Position numbers and translations under genes: made by a program. DNA of 64,000 nucleotides from Alphaproteobacteria bacterium (GTDB lineage: Bacteria > Pseudomonadota > Alphaproteobacteria > UBA828), in contig CBDCRW010000003.1 of NCBI GenBank assembly GCA_965221125.1, forward strand, positions 32,001 through 96,000, in the 5' to 3' direction. The notes beneath the pieces were generated by a model. The model worked only from the letters and a program-made list of their open reading frames with translations, was not told the origin of the DNA and ran no database searches. Of the stretch, positions 41,010-49,280 are shown piece after piece (positions within the stretch are counted from its first letter, which is position 1; each line of letters begins with the position of its first letter).

Positions 41010-42548
41010 TCAGTTTGCGACGCGTTTCGCCGGTGTCTCTTCCGGCTTGCAGCCCGTGGGGCAGCACCGCCCCGGCTGACGGTCGCGGCTTTCCGTGCCG
41101 CTTTCGTCCGCAAGCACGCCCCGGTCGAGCAGCTTCTCCACGAGCGCCACCTTGTCCTCCACCGGGTAGCTGCGGAAGATTTCGAGGCCCGTCGCCTGCG
41201 GCGAGCCGCCGCCGTGCAGGCTGATGACCGAGTACCAGCCGGCGGTGCCGGAGGCGGTCAGGTCCTCGATCAGGCGGGCGACCTCCATGCGCTCGCCATA
41301 GGGCAGGTCCTCCCGCCCCTTCAGCATCTCCGCGAGGGTGCCGGCGGTCGCCGGATTGTGGTCCTCGTCCGGCCCCGGCAGCGCGACCACCAAACCGCCC
41401 GAGACCTCGTGCGCGATGCGGTGCATGTCGTAGATCTGTGTCGACAGCAGCAGCTTGCCGATATTGGCGAAGACGCGGTCGGGCTCGACGCAGCCGGAGC
41501 CGTCCGCCACCGCGTAGACCGAACTCGCGACACCGCAGGCATAGAAGCCCTCGACGATCTTGATCAGCTCCACCATGCGGTCGCGCAGGTGCGACGTGCG
41601 CTCGACCTCCAGGCCGTTGGCCTCGGCCATCAGGACGCCGGCGCCGATCAGCAGGTCGCCGAAGCCCGCGCGCGCGCCGATGCAGGAATGCCGGTGGTGC
41701 GTCGCATAGGCCTGCGTGAGCGACTGCGAATATTCCCACTCGCCGGCGAGGAACACGCGCTCCCACGGCACGAACACGTCGTCGAAGATCACCACGCCGG
41801 TGGACTGGCCGTAGCGGGCGCTGAAGGTAGCCGCCTTCTCGCCCGGCCGGCCTGCGGGGCGGGCGACGACGGTGACGCCGTCGGCATCCACCGGCACCGC
41901 ACAGCAGAGCGCAAAGTCCTTGTCGTCTTCCGTCATGTTGCGGCAGGGCATGACCAGATACTCGTGGACGTAGGGCGCCGCCGTGACAATCGCCTTCGCG
42001 CCGCGAATCACGATGCCGTCGGGCCGGCGCCGCGCGATGTGCACGTAGGAATCGCGCACGGTCTGGGCATGGGGCCGGCGCGAGCGGTCGCCTTTGCCGT
42101 CGGTCATGGCGACGCCGAGGGTGAGGTCCTCGGCCTGCACCCGGTGGAGGTAGGCGAGGAAGCGCTCGTGCAGGGCGCTCCCGGTCTCCTGATCCATGCG
42201 CCACGCGGTCTGGTGGATGGCGTTGAGTCCGTCCTGAGTCAGGTAGCGCTGGGCGCAGCCGGTGTACTGGCAGACGAGCCGCACCGCCTCCAGCTTGTGG
42301 AGCTGGTCGGTGGTCGAGCGGTTGATGTGGAGGAAGCGGTGGACCTCGTCGCCGGTGCTCTCCTCCACCGCCGTCATCGTCTGGCGGTGCTGCTCGGCCT
42401 GCGCGAAATCGTAGACGAGCCCCAGCGCGGCAACGCCGGGCCCGAAGCGCGGCTCGTCGGCGACGGACGCGACCTCGTCGCCGTCGACATAGACGCGGGG
42501 CGAGAGCCGCCGCAGTGACTCCCGGTACTCCTCGCCGGACATCAACAT
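41010..42548 (-). CDS. 4-hydroxybutyryl-CoA dehydratase / 4-hydroxyphenylacetate 3-hydroxylase family flavoprotein (AbfD-like, divergent)
   Basis: EYRESLR, AMTDGKGDRS..P, GIVIRGAK, FDDVFVPWERVF, LHGGGSP. Confidence 0.85.
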   Translation of the reverse strand: MLMSGEEYRESLRRLSPRVYVDGDEVASVADEPRFGPGVAALGLVYDFAQAEQHRQTMTAVEESTGDEVHRFLHINRSTTDQLHKLEAVRLVCQYTGCAQRYLTQDGLNAIHQTAWRMDQETGSALHERFLAYLHRVQAEDLTLGVAMTDGKGDRSRRPHAQTVRDSYVHIARRRPDGIVIRGAKAIVTAAPYVHEYLVMPCRNMTEDDKDFALCCAVPVDADGVTVVARPAGRPGEKAATFSARYGQSTGVVIFDDVFVPWERVFLAGEWEYSQSLTQAYATHHRHSCIGARAGFGDLLIGAGVLMAEANGLEVERTSHLRDRMVELIKIVEGFYACGVASSVYAVADGSGCVEPDRVFANIGKLLLSTQIYDMHRIAHEVSGGLVVALPGPDEDHNPATAGTLAEMLKGREDLPYGERMEVARLIEDLTASGTAGWYSVISLHGGGSPQATGLEIFRSYPVEDKVALVEKLLDRGVLADESGTESRDRQPGRCCPTGCKPEETPAKRVAN

Positions 42549-42560
42549 CCTGTCCCCCGT

Positions 42561-43445
42561 TCAGCCGGCCTGCGCGTCCCGCTGGCGGATCGCCTCGGCA
42601 ATCCGCAGCACGCGCTCGGCCTTCTCGTAGATCGGGTAATCGATGAAGTAGCCGTCGACCTGGATGGAGGCCGAGCCCGCAGCCTCGGCTTCCCTGAAGG
42701 CGGCGACATGCTTCTCGGCCTGGACCACGGCATCGGCGCTCGGTGTGAACACGCGGTTGACCGGCTCCACCTGCTTGGGGTGGATGCAGAGCTTGCCCTG
42801 GAAGCCGAAGCTGAGCGCGGTGTGCGCCGAGCGCTCCAGGTTGTCTGCGTCCGCGAGATCGATGAAGACCGTGTCGATGGGGGGCTCCAGCCCGCCGACG
42901 CGGGAGGCGAGCACGATGGTCGCGCGCGCGTGCGCAAGCTCGGCTTCCGCCCCGGTCCAGACCATTCCCATGTCGCGCGTGTAGTCGCCCGCGCCGAAGG
43001 AGAGCCGGCGGACGCGCGTACCGGTAGCCGCGATCGCCTGGGCCGCAGCGACGCCCCGGCCGGTCTCGATGATCGGCACCAGGTCGATGGCGCCCCTCTC
43101 GAGCCCCCGCTCGCGCTCGAGCTGGCCGAGCAGCCAGTCCACCGTCTCCAGCTGGCCGGGCGCCTCGACCTTCGGCAGCATGACGCCGTCCACGCCTGCC
43201 GCCACGACGGCCTGGAGGTCGCCGTAGCAGTAGTCGGTGTCGAGCCCGTTCACGCGTACGTAGCCGAGGCAGGCGCGCGGCGCCTGCAGGGCATCCACGA
43301 CGACCGCCCGCGTCGCTTCCTTCTCCGCCGCGGCGACGGCGTCTTCGAGGTCGAGGATCACGGCGTCGGCGCCGGCGCCGAAGACCTTGGCGACCTTGCG
43401 CGGATGGTTACCCGGGGCAAACAGGTAGGTGCGGTGCAGCTTCAT
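42561..43445 (-). CDS. CitE-like CoA-ester lyase (HpcH/HpaI aldolase/citrate lyase family)
   Basis: LFAPGN, ILDLEDAV, YVRVN, LPKVE, IIET, GKLCIHPKQ. Confidence 0.9.
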   Translation of the reverse strand: MKLHRTYLFAPGNHPRKVAKVFGAGADAVILDLEDAVAAAEKEATRAVVVDALQAPRACLGYVRVNGLDTDYCYGDLQAVVAAGVDGVMLPKVEAPGQLETVDWLLGQLERERGLERGAIDLVPIIETGRGVAAAQAIAATGTRVRRLSFGAGDYTRDMGMVWTGAEAELAHARATIVLASRVGGLEPPIDTVFIDLADADNLERSAHTALSFGFQGKLCIHPKQVEPVNRVFTPSADAVVQAEKHVAAFREAEAAGSASIQVDGYFIDYPIYEKAERVLRIAEAIRQRDAQAG

Positions 43446-43744
43446 GGGAACTCGCTGAAGGCTCGGGCCAAACAACCACAGCGCACCGCCCCGATCAAGG
43501 CGGCCGGTGCCGGCGGCGGGAACTTTAGCGGGGGAAGCGGGTCTGCGGCGTTATTTGGGTCTTTGTTATGGAAAAGCCAAGGAAAGCCCGTATGCTTCCC
43601 GAAATATACGCTTTGTTCTGGCAAGGTGGACCATCTTCTGGTCTTGTGCTCGACTTGCGAACGACGCTTGTGCCAGCCTGAGCGATGACCCGAACGGATT
43701 GAGACGCCACGTCTCGGGCCATCGATGACGAACGGAGGACGGCC

Positions 43745-44245
43745 ATGATCCGGAGCTGGAAACGACGCCTGGTCGGCGGACTCGCGCTTGGCGTTGCCAT
43801 CATGCTGGGATCGTCCCTGGCGGCAACCTCCCTGCGGGCCGATTCGGAATGGTCGTGGGAAGGCGCGATCGTCGGCGGGGTCATCGGCGGATTGATCGGC
43901 TCGACGCACGACGGCAGGACCGATCGCCGGGCCGCGCTCCGCGTCACCACGGCTCTGGCTCCCTTCTACGACGGGCCGTTCATCGTCCATCATCACCACG
44001 GGGGTTGGCATCGCCACCCGTGGAAGCACCGGCGCGGGTGGCACGTCTGGCTGGGACACTGGGAGCCCTGGCACGTGCGCTTGGATCGGTATCACCATCG
44101 CCAGTGGCGCGGCCCGTGGGTCCAGCTACGGTCGGTGCCCCCGCATCCGCAAGCGCACCAGCATCGCCACGGCCACCAGGCGCACCAGCAGACCCGGCAG
44201 ACGAATCCGCAGGTGCACCGGCACGGTCATGCCCACAGGTGGTAG
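43745..44245 (+). CDS. Hypothetical exported His/Trp-rich protein with glycine zipper
   Basis: GGAGG RBS; signal-peptide-like N-terminus; GAIVGGVIGGLIG; His-rich C-terminal half. Confidence 0.65.
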   Translation: MIRSWKRRLVGGLALGVAIMLGSSLAATSLRADSEWSWEGAIVGGVIGGLIGSTHDGRTDRRAALRVTTALAPFYDGPFIVHHHHGGWHRHPWKHRRGWHVWLGHWEPWHVRLDRYHHRQWRGPWVQLRSVPPHPQAHQHRHGHQAHQQTRQTNPQVHRHGHAHRW

Positions 44246-44282
44246 CGGCCGCGCCGCCGCGCCCTGATCGAATCGGCGCCGC

Positions 44283-44924
44283 CTATTCCGGGTGAAAGGC
44301 GATCTCGCCGTACCAGGCGCGGGCGCTCTGCCCGCAGTTGTCCGAATCGGTCATGACGGCAACGCCTTCGAGCGCGTCGACCTCCATGCCGAAGAGGCGG
44401 CGGAAGTCGGCGCGAACGTTCCTCCTGTAGCTCTGCCACGTCCCGGCCTCTCCCTCGCCTGACTGGACGGCGACCATCATGACCTTGGAGGAGAACGGGT
44501 TGGGCCAGCTCTGGCCCACGTCCGCCTGGTTCGCCCACACGTAGTTGACCGCCCGCGGCATGTCGAACCATTCCTCGCCGGGCGCGACGACGTAGATCCG
44601 GGCCGCGAAGTCGTCGCCCTCCTTGATCCGCTCGTCGGCGACCGCGAGCGGCTTCTCGATGCGCCAGCTCCACTCGAGGATCGGCGTCTCCGTCAGGTCG
44701 ATCTCCCGCTCGAGGTAGAGGCTCGATGCCGTGGCGGCACTGTCCGCCTCGACGACGCGCCGCCCGTCGACCTCGACGACGCGGTATCGGGTCTCGCCCT
44801 CGAACTCCTCGATCTCCCAGCCGCCGCGGTCCCCCGACGACGGCCACTCCAGCACGAGCGGCGCGGCGTACGCCGGCAGCGCAATCATCGACAAGGCGAG
44901 AAAGGCGGGCGCGAAGGGGTGCAT
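44283..44924 (-). CDS. DUF3047 domain exported protein
   Basis: Signal peptide; PILEWSWRIE, DDFAARIYV, NYVW, VMTDSDN. Confidence 0.85.
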   Translation of the reverse strand: MHPFAPAFLALSMIALPAYAAPLVLEWPSSGDRGGWEIEEFEGETRYRVVEVDGRRVVEADSAATASSLYLEREIDLTETPILEWSWRIEKPLAVADERIKEGDDFAARIYVVAPGEEWFDMPRAVNYVWANQADVGQSWPNPFSSKVMMVAVQSGEGEAGTWQSYRRNVRADFRRLFGMEVDALEGVAVMTDSDNCGQSARAWYGEIAFHPE

Positions 44925-45010
44925 CGGGCGAGTCTGTCCCACCGCGGCACCGCGGGCAACGGCGCGGGACGGCCAACCCGCATTGCCGTTTTGCTCGGAA
45001 GGGCATTAAA

Positions 45011-45120
45011 GCGGTCCATTCCGGCATACGCCGGCACAAAGTGGGACAAAGTGGCACAAAGTGGCTCATGATGGCCCAAGCTGGCCCGTCCCGGCGGCGG
45101 CAGGCGCCCGCTGGAGCAGC
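45011..45120. repeat. 10-bp-phased degenerate tandem array (11 units)
   Basis: Every decamer from 45011 has GG at positions 3-4; core ACAAAGTGG occurs three times. Confidence 0.7.
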
Positions 45121-45384
45121 CCGCAATTCTCACCAGGGTCATGGTCTGCGCGGCGCTGTCCGGCCGACAGGCAAGGAGAGGCGCGCAGCGCGATGCAGGG
45201 ACATCGGGCAAGCGCATCGACGCAGCATGTCTGCCGGAGAGCGCCGCCCTTCGGGTCGCGCCCAGGCGCCCGCCCGCGGCGTCGCGGGCCTCAACCGTAT
45301 TCCCCGATACGCTTTTCGGCCCGCTCCTGGCGGATCGAACGCCTGGGCACGACGCAGGCCGTGACCCTGGTGAGAAATGCGGGC
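45119..45384. mobile_element. MITE-like palindromic element, copy 2
   Basis: Same orientation and sequence as 25247-25511 with scattered substitutions; TIRs GCCCGCAATTCTCACCAGGGTCATGGTCTGCG / CGCAGGCCGTGACCCTGGTGAGAAATGCGGGC. Confidence 0.85.
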
Positions 45385-45520
45385 TAGCGCCCGGCGACGA
45401 GCCGGCTCCCCGGAGCCGCTCCGGCCCGACTCCCCCGGACGTGCGACGGTCTGCGCGCTGCATCGGCAGAGCCTGCCCCTACCCGCCCGCCGGCCCCGTG
45501 CACCGCACCATGGTGCGGGC

Positions 45521-46972
45521 CTAACCGGCGGCATCGTCCGCGCCTCTGCCCAGCAGCCGCACCCGCGCGCCGGCGAGCAGGTCGCGAAGCTTCGCGCGGA
45601 TCGCCCAGAGGCACACGAGGGAGGGGATCACCATGAGCGTCGTAATCACGAAGAAGGTGCCCCAATCGCCTTCCAGCCAGTCCACCAGCTCGCCGGAGGA
45701 CGCGGCGAGCAGCGTGCGGCCCGCCGTGCCGAGCGAGGCCAGCAGCGCGTACTGGGTGGCTGTATAGGTCCGGTCCACCAGCATCGAGATGAAGGCGACG
45801 AAGGTGACGGTCGCGAACGCGCTGGTGAGGTCGTCGATCACGACGGCCGCGGCGAACAGCACCTCCGACTTTCCGGACCACGCCAGCAGCGCGAACATGA
45901 GATTGGTCGTGGCCATCGCGATGCCGGAGACGAACATCGCGCGGACGAGGCCGATGCGGATCGCGACGAGGCCGCCGAGCACCGTGAACCCCACGGTGAC
46001 GATCCAGCCGAGGCCCTTGGAGTAGAGCGCGATGTCCGACTTGGTGAAGCCGATCTCCGTATAGAAGACCAGCGACATGCGCCCCATGAAGGCTTCGCCG
46101 ATCTTGAACAGGAAGACGAAGCCCAGGACCGCGAGCGCGATGGCGACCCCGTTCTTGGCGAAGAAGCGCATCAGGGGGCCGGCGACCGTGCCGCCGAGCC
46201 AGGCGGCGGCGCGCCCGAGCGGGCCGGTCATGCGCAGGCGCGACGCGATGCGCTCTTCGTCCTCGGCCTGGGCGGCGAGGCGTTCCGCCGCCGCAGCCTC
46301 CCGCACGAACAGGAGGCCGACATTGCAGAGCACGACCACGATGCCGAGCACGAGGAATGTCGCCTGCCAGTAGTTCTCGACGCCTGCGGACTGGAGCCCG
46401 CCGGCGGTCTCCAGCGCGACGATGCCGCCGAGCTTGAAGCCGCTCCACCAGCCGACGACCGCGACGGCCGCGCCGGCGGCCATGGCCTCGCCTTCCGACT
46501 TGCCCATCTGCTCGATCCTGAGCGCGTCGATGGCGATGTCCTGAGTCGCCGACGCCACGGCGATGGCGAGGCCGACTGCGATGACGGAACCGAGGCTTTC
46601 GGAGGGATCGAGCGCGCTCCACAGCACGAGACACAGCAAGACCGCGACTTGCAGGACGAGGATCCAGGCGCGCCGCTGGCCGATCCGGCTAGACAGCCAC
46701 GGCAGCCGCACGCGGTCGATGAGCGGGGCCCAGAGAAAGTTGAACGCATAGACGCCGAAGATGAGGCCGGCCCAGCCGATGGTGCTGCGGCTCAGCCCGT
46801 CTTCCGTCAGCCAGAGGGTGAGGCTGGTCCCGATGAGCACCCACGGAAAGCCGCTGATGATCCCGAGAAGGAGGATGCGGGCCATCCGCCGCTCGAAATA
46901 GACGGCGAGCGATTGCGCCAGTCCTTGCACGACGACCCCCGGGCGACTCGGTGCGCGATCGGCCCAGACCAT
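45521..46972 (-). CDS. ampG: AmpG family muropeptide MFS transporter (start uncertain)
   Basis: LGIISGFP, FLWAPLID, GQRRAW, SATQDIAIDALRIE, YTATQYALLAS. Confidence 0.85.
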   Translation of the reverse strand: MVWADRAPSRPGVVVQGLAQSLAVYFERRMARILLLGIISGFPWVLIGTSLTLWLTEDGLSRSTIGWAGLIFGVYAFNFLWAPLIDRVRLPWLSSRIGQRRAWILVLQVAVLLCLVLWSALDPSESLGSVIAVGLAIAVASATQDIAIDALRIEQMGKSEGEAMAAGAAVAVVGWWSGFKLGGIVALETAGGLQSAGVENYWQATFLVLGIVVVLCNVGLLFVREAAAAERLAAQAEDEERIASRLRMTGPLGRAAAWLGGTVAGPLMRFFAKNGVAIALAVLGFVFLFKIGEAFMGRMSLVFYTEIGFTKSDIALYSKGLGWIVTVGFTVLGGLVAIRIGLVRAMFVSGIAMATTNLMFALLAWSGKSEVLFAAAVVIDDLTSAFATVTFVAFISMLVDRTYTATQYALLASLGTAGRTLLAASSGELVDWLEGDWGTFFVITTLMVIPSLVCLWAIRAKLRDLLAGARVRLLGRGADDAAG

Positions 46973-47100
46973 AGCGAGACGTTTGGCGTGCCGTCACCTT
47001 TTCATGTGTGAGCGGGACGGAGCACCGGCGCTATGGCGCACGCGGCGGCCACGGGCTATGTCGGCGCAGGGCGGAGCGAACCCGCGCACGGAGGCGACCC

Positions 47101-48273
47101 ATGAAGCTCGAAGGGATCAGGGTGCTGGATCTCTCCCGGTTCCTGCCGGGCCCGCACCTGGCGATGATGATGGCCGATCACGGTGCGGACGTGATCAAGG
47201 TCGAGGACCCGAAGAGCGGCGATCCCGCGCGCGCGATCGGACCCGCCGAGGCCGGCCACACGGTCTATTTCCGCAACGCGAACCGGGGCAAGCGGAACCT
47301 CGCCGTCGATCTCAAGAGCGAAGCCGGGCGCGAGGCCTTCATGCGGCTCGCCGAGACCGCCGACGTGATCCTCGAGACCTTCCGCCCCGGCGTCGTCGAA
47401 CGCCTCGGCATCGGCTACGACGCCGTGCAGGCGCGGGCGCCGCAGGTCGTCTACGCCTCCATCTCCGCCTTCGGCCAGTCGGGCCCCTACCGCGACCGCC
47501 CGGCCCACGACCTCAGCGTCAACGCGCTCGCCGGCGTCGCGAGCCTCAGCGTCGACGGCGACGGCAAGCCGGCCATGGCGTGCCTGCCGCCCTCCGACAT
47601 GGGCGGCTCGCTGATGGCGCTCGCCGGCATCCTCATGGCCCTGCTGCGCCGCCAGAGCACCGGGCGCGGCGACTACCTGGACCTCTCCATGTTCGACACG
47701 GTGGTATCGTGGACGCCGCACGTCGCCGGCCGCGTCTTCGCCGAGGGCAGCGCGCCGGACCCCTCATCCCAGCGCACGCAGGGCGGGGCCGCGTTCTACC
47801 GCCCCTACCGCACCAGGGACGGCCGCTACATCACCCTCGGCGGCGGCGAGATGAAGTTCGTCGTCAACTTCCTGGAGGCGGTGGAACGCCCCGACCTGAT
47901 CCCCCTCGGCCGCGAGCCCGCCGGCCCGGCGCAGGCGCAGCTCCATGCCTTCCTCGAAGAGACCTTCGCCCGGCGCACGCAGGCCGAGTGGGTCGAGTGG
48001 TTCGCCGGTCGCGACATCTGCTTCGCCCCGGTGCTCGACCTCAAGGAAGCCTTCGACGACCCACACCTAGCCGCGCGTGACATGCTCGTGCGGGACGGCG
48101 ACGGCGCCTCCCACCTCGGCATCCCGATCAAGTTCCGGGAGGAGCCGGGGCGGATCGACCCGGCGGTGCCCACCCTCGGCCAGCACAGCGCCGCGATCCT
48201 GCGCGAGATCGGCTACGGCGAGGCGGAATGCGCGGCGCTCGCCCAGGGCGGCGTCATCCGACAGGCGGAGTAG
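47101..48273 (+). CDS. CaiB/BaiF family III CoA-transferase
   Basis: LEGIRVLDLSRFLPGP, GADVIKVE, NRGKR, FRPGV, GQSGP, AHD; GGAGG RBS. Confidence 0.92.
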   Translation: MKLEGIRVLDLSRFLPGPHLAMMMADHGADVIKVEDPKSGDPARAIGPAEAGHTVYFRNANRGKRNLAVDLKSEAGREAFMRLAETADVILETFRPGVVERLGIGYDAVQARAPQVVYASISAFGQSGPYRDRPAHDLSVNALAGVASLSVDGDGKPAMACLPPSDMGGSLMALAGILMALLRRQSTGRGDYLDLSMFDTVVSWTPHVAGRVFAEGSAPDPSSQRTQGGAAFYRPYRTRDGRYITLGGGEMKFVVNFLEAVERPDLIPLGREPAGPAQAQLHAFLEETFARRTQAEWVEWFAGRDICFAPVLDLKEAFDDPHLAARDMLVRDGDGASHLGIPIKFREEPGRIDPAVPTLGQHSAAILREIGYGEAECAALAQGGVIRQAE

Positions 48274-48284
48274 CCAAACGCGGG

Positions 48285-49256
48285 TCAGGCGCCCTTTGCG
48301 ATTCGCTCGGTGAAGAAGGCCGTGAAGCGGTCCGCGTCCACGTCCACGCAGGTGTCCATGTTGGGCTCCAGCTTGCGCGGGATGGTGCGCAGGATGTCGT
48401 TGCGGACGATGAGGTCGCGATCGATGGGCGTCGGCGCGAACTCGGCCGAGATGTGCAGCCGGGTCATCTCGCAATAGGACTTGTCGTGGGCGAGCGTCAC
48501 CGCCAGCGGGTCGTGCAGCCAGAGGCCGGTATGTTCGGTGGGGATGCCGACCGAAAGGTAGATCTGGCGCTCCTGCGGCGGCCAGACCGCGAGGATGCGG
48601 CTCACCATCTGCGCGACCGGGCGGTCCGAAGCGTTGATCACCTTGAGCTGGTCGTCGCGCAGCGGCACCTTCAGGGTCACGTCGATGGGGCAGAGCACCA
48701 TCGGCAGGCCCGAATTGCAGACGATCTGGGCCGCCACGGGGTCGTTGTTGAAGTTGTACTCCTCGACAGGCGATCGACGGATCCCCTTCTCGTCCACGAT
48801 GGGCACGATCACGCCGGCCATCATGATCAGCTCCTTGATGTTCTCCCTGATCGCCGGCTCCAGGACATAGGCGACCGCCATGTTGCTGACGGCGCCGAGG
48901 GTGACCACCGTGACCTCGCCCGGGTTCTCCATGATGTTGCGGATGATGAAGTTGGGCGCCGGCTCGTCGAGATAGGCGAGGTTCTCGTCTCCCTCCTCCA
49001 GGATGCCCTCGCCCTCGAAGCCGAACATCAGGTAGTTGCCGCCGAGCGGCTGGCCGACGCCGCGTGCTACTGGCACGTCGGGCCGGCCGTTCACGTCGAG
49101 CACCTTGCGTGCGATTCGCGAGCGCAGGTGGGTGTCGCCGTAGACGGTGGTGACGCCCAGCAGGTCCAGCTCCGGCGACTGGCAGCCGACGGAGACCGCG
49201 AGCGCGTCGTCGTAGTAGGTCCCGATGTCGGTGTCGATAACGATCTTCTGTGCCAT
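48285..49256 (-). CDS. Nucleoside hydrolase (IUNH family, divergent)
   Basis: IDTDIG..DDA, VTTVYG, EYNF..DP.AA, LHDPLA. Confidence 0.85.
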   Translation of the reverse strand: MAQKIVIDTDIGTYYDDALAVSVGCQSPELDLLGVTTVYGDTHLRSRIARKVLDVNGRPDVPVARGVGQPLGGNYLMFGFEGEGILEEGDENLAYLDEPAPNFIIRNIMENPGEVTVVTLGAVSNMAVAYVLEPAIRENIKELIMMAGVIVPIVDEKGIRRSPVEEYNFNNDPVAAQIVCNSGLPMVLCPIDVTLKVPLRDDQLKVINASDRPVAQMVSRILAVWPPQERQIYLSVGIPTEHTGLWLHDPLAVTLAHDKSYCEMTRLHISAEFAPTPIDRDLIVRNDILRTIPRKLEPNMDTCVDVDADRFTAFFTERIAKGA

Positions 49257-49280
49257 TGAGATGTCCCTTCTCTTCGTTGT

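Noticed and set aside
43655-43676. Minus-strand TGGCAC as a sigma54 promoter for the lyase operon
   Set aside because: No GC at the required GG-N10-GC spacing.
45031-45070. Short repeats considered as a CRISPR array
   Set aside because: Units are 10 bp with no spacers, and there are no cas genes in the window.
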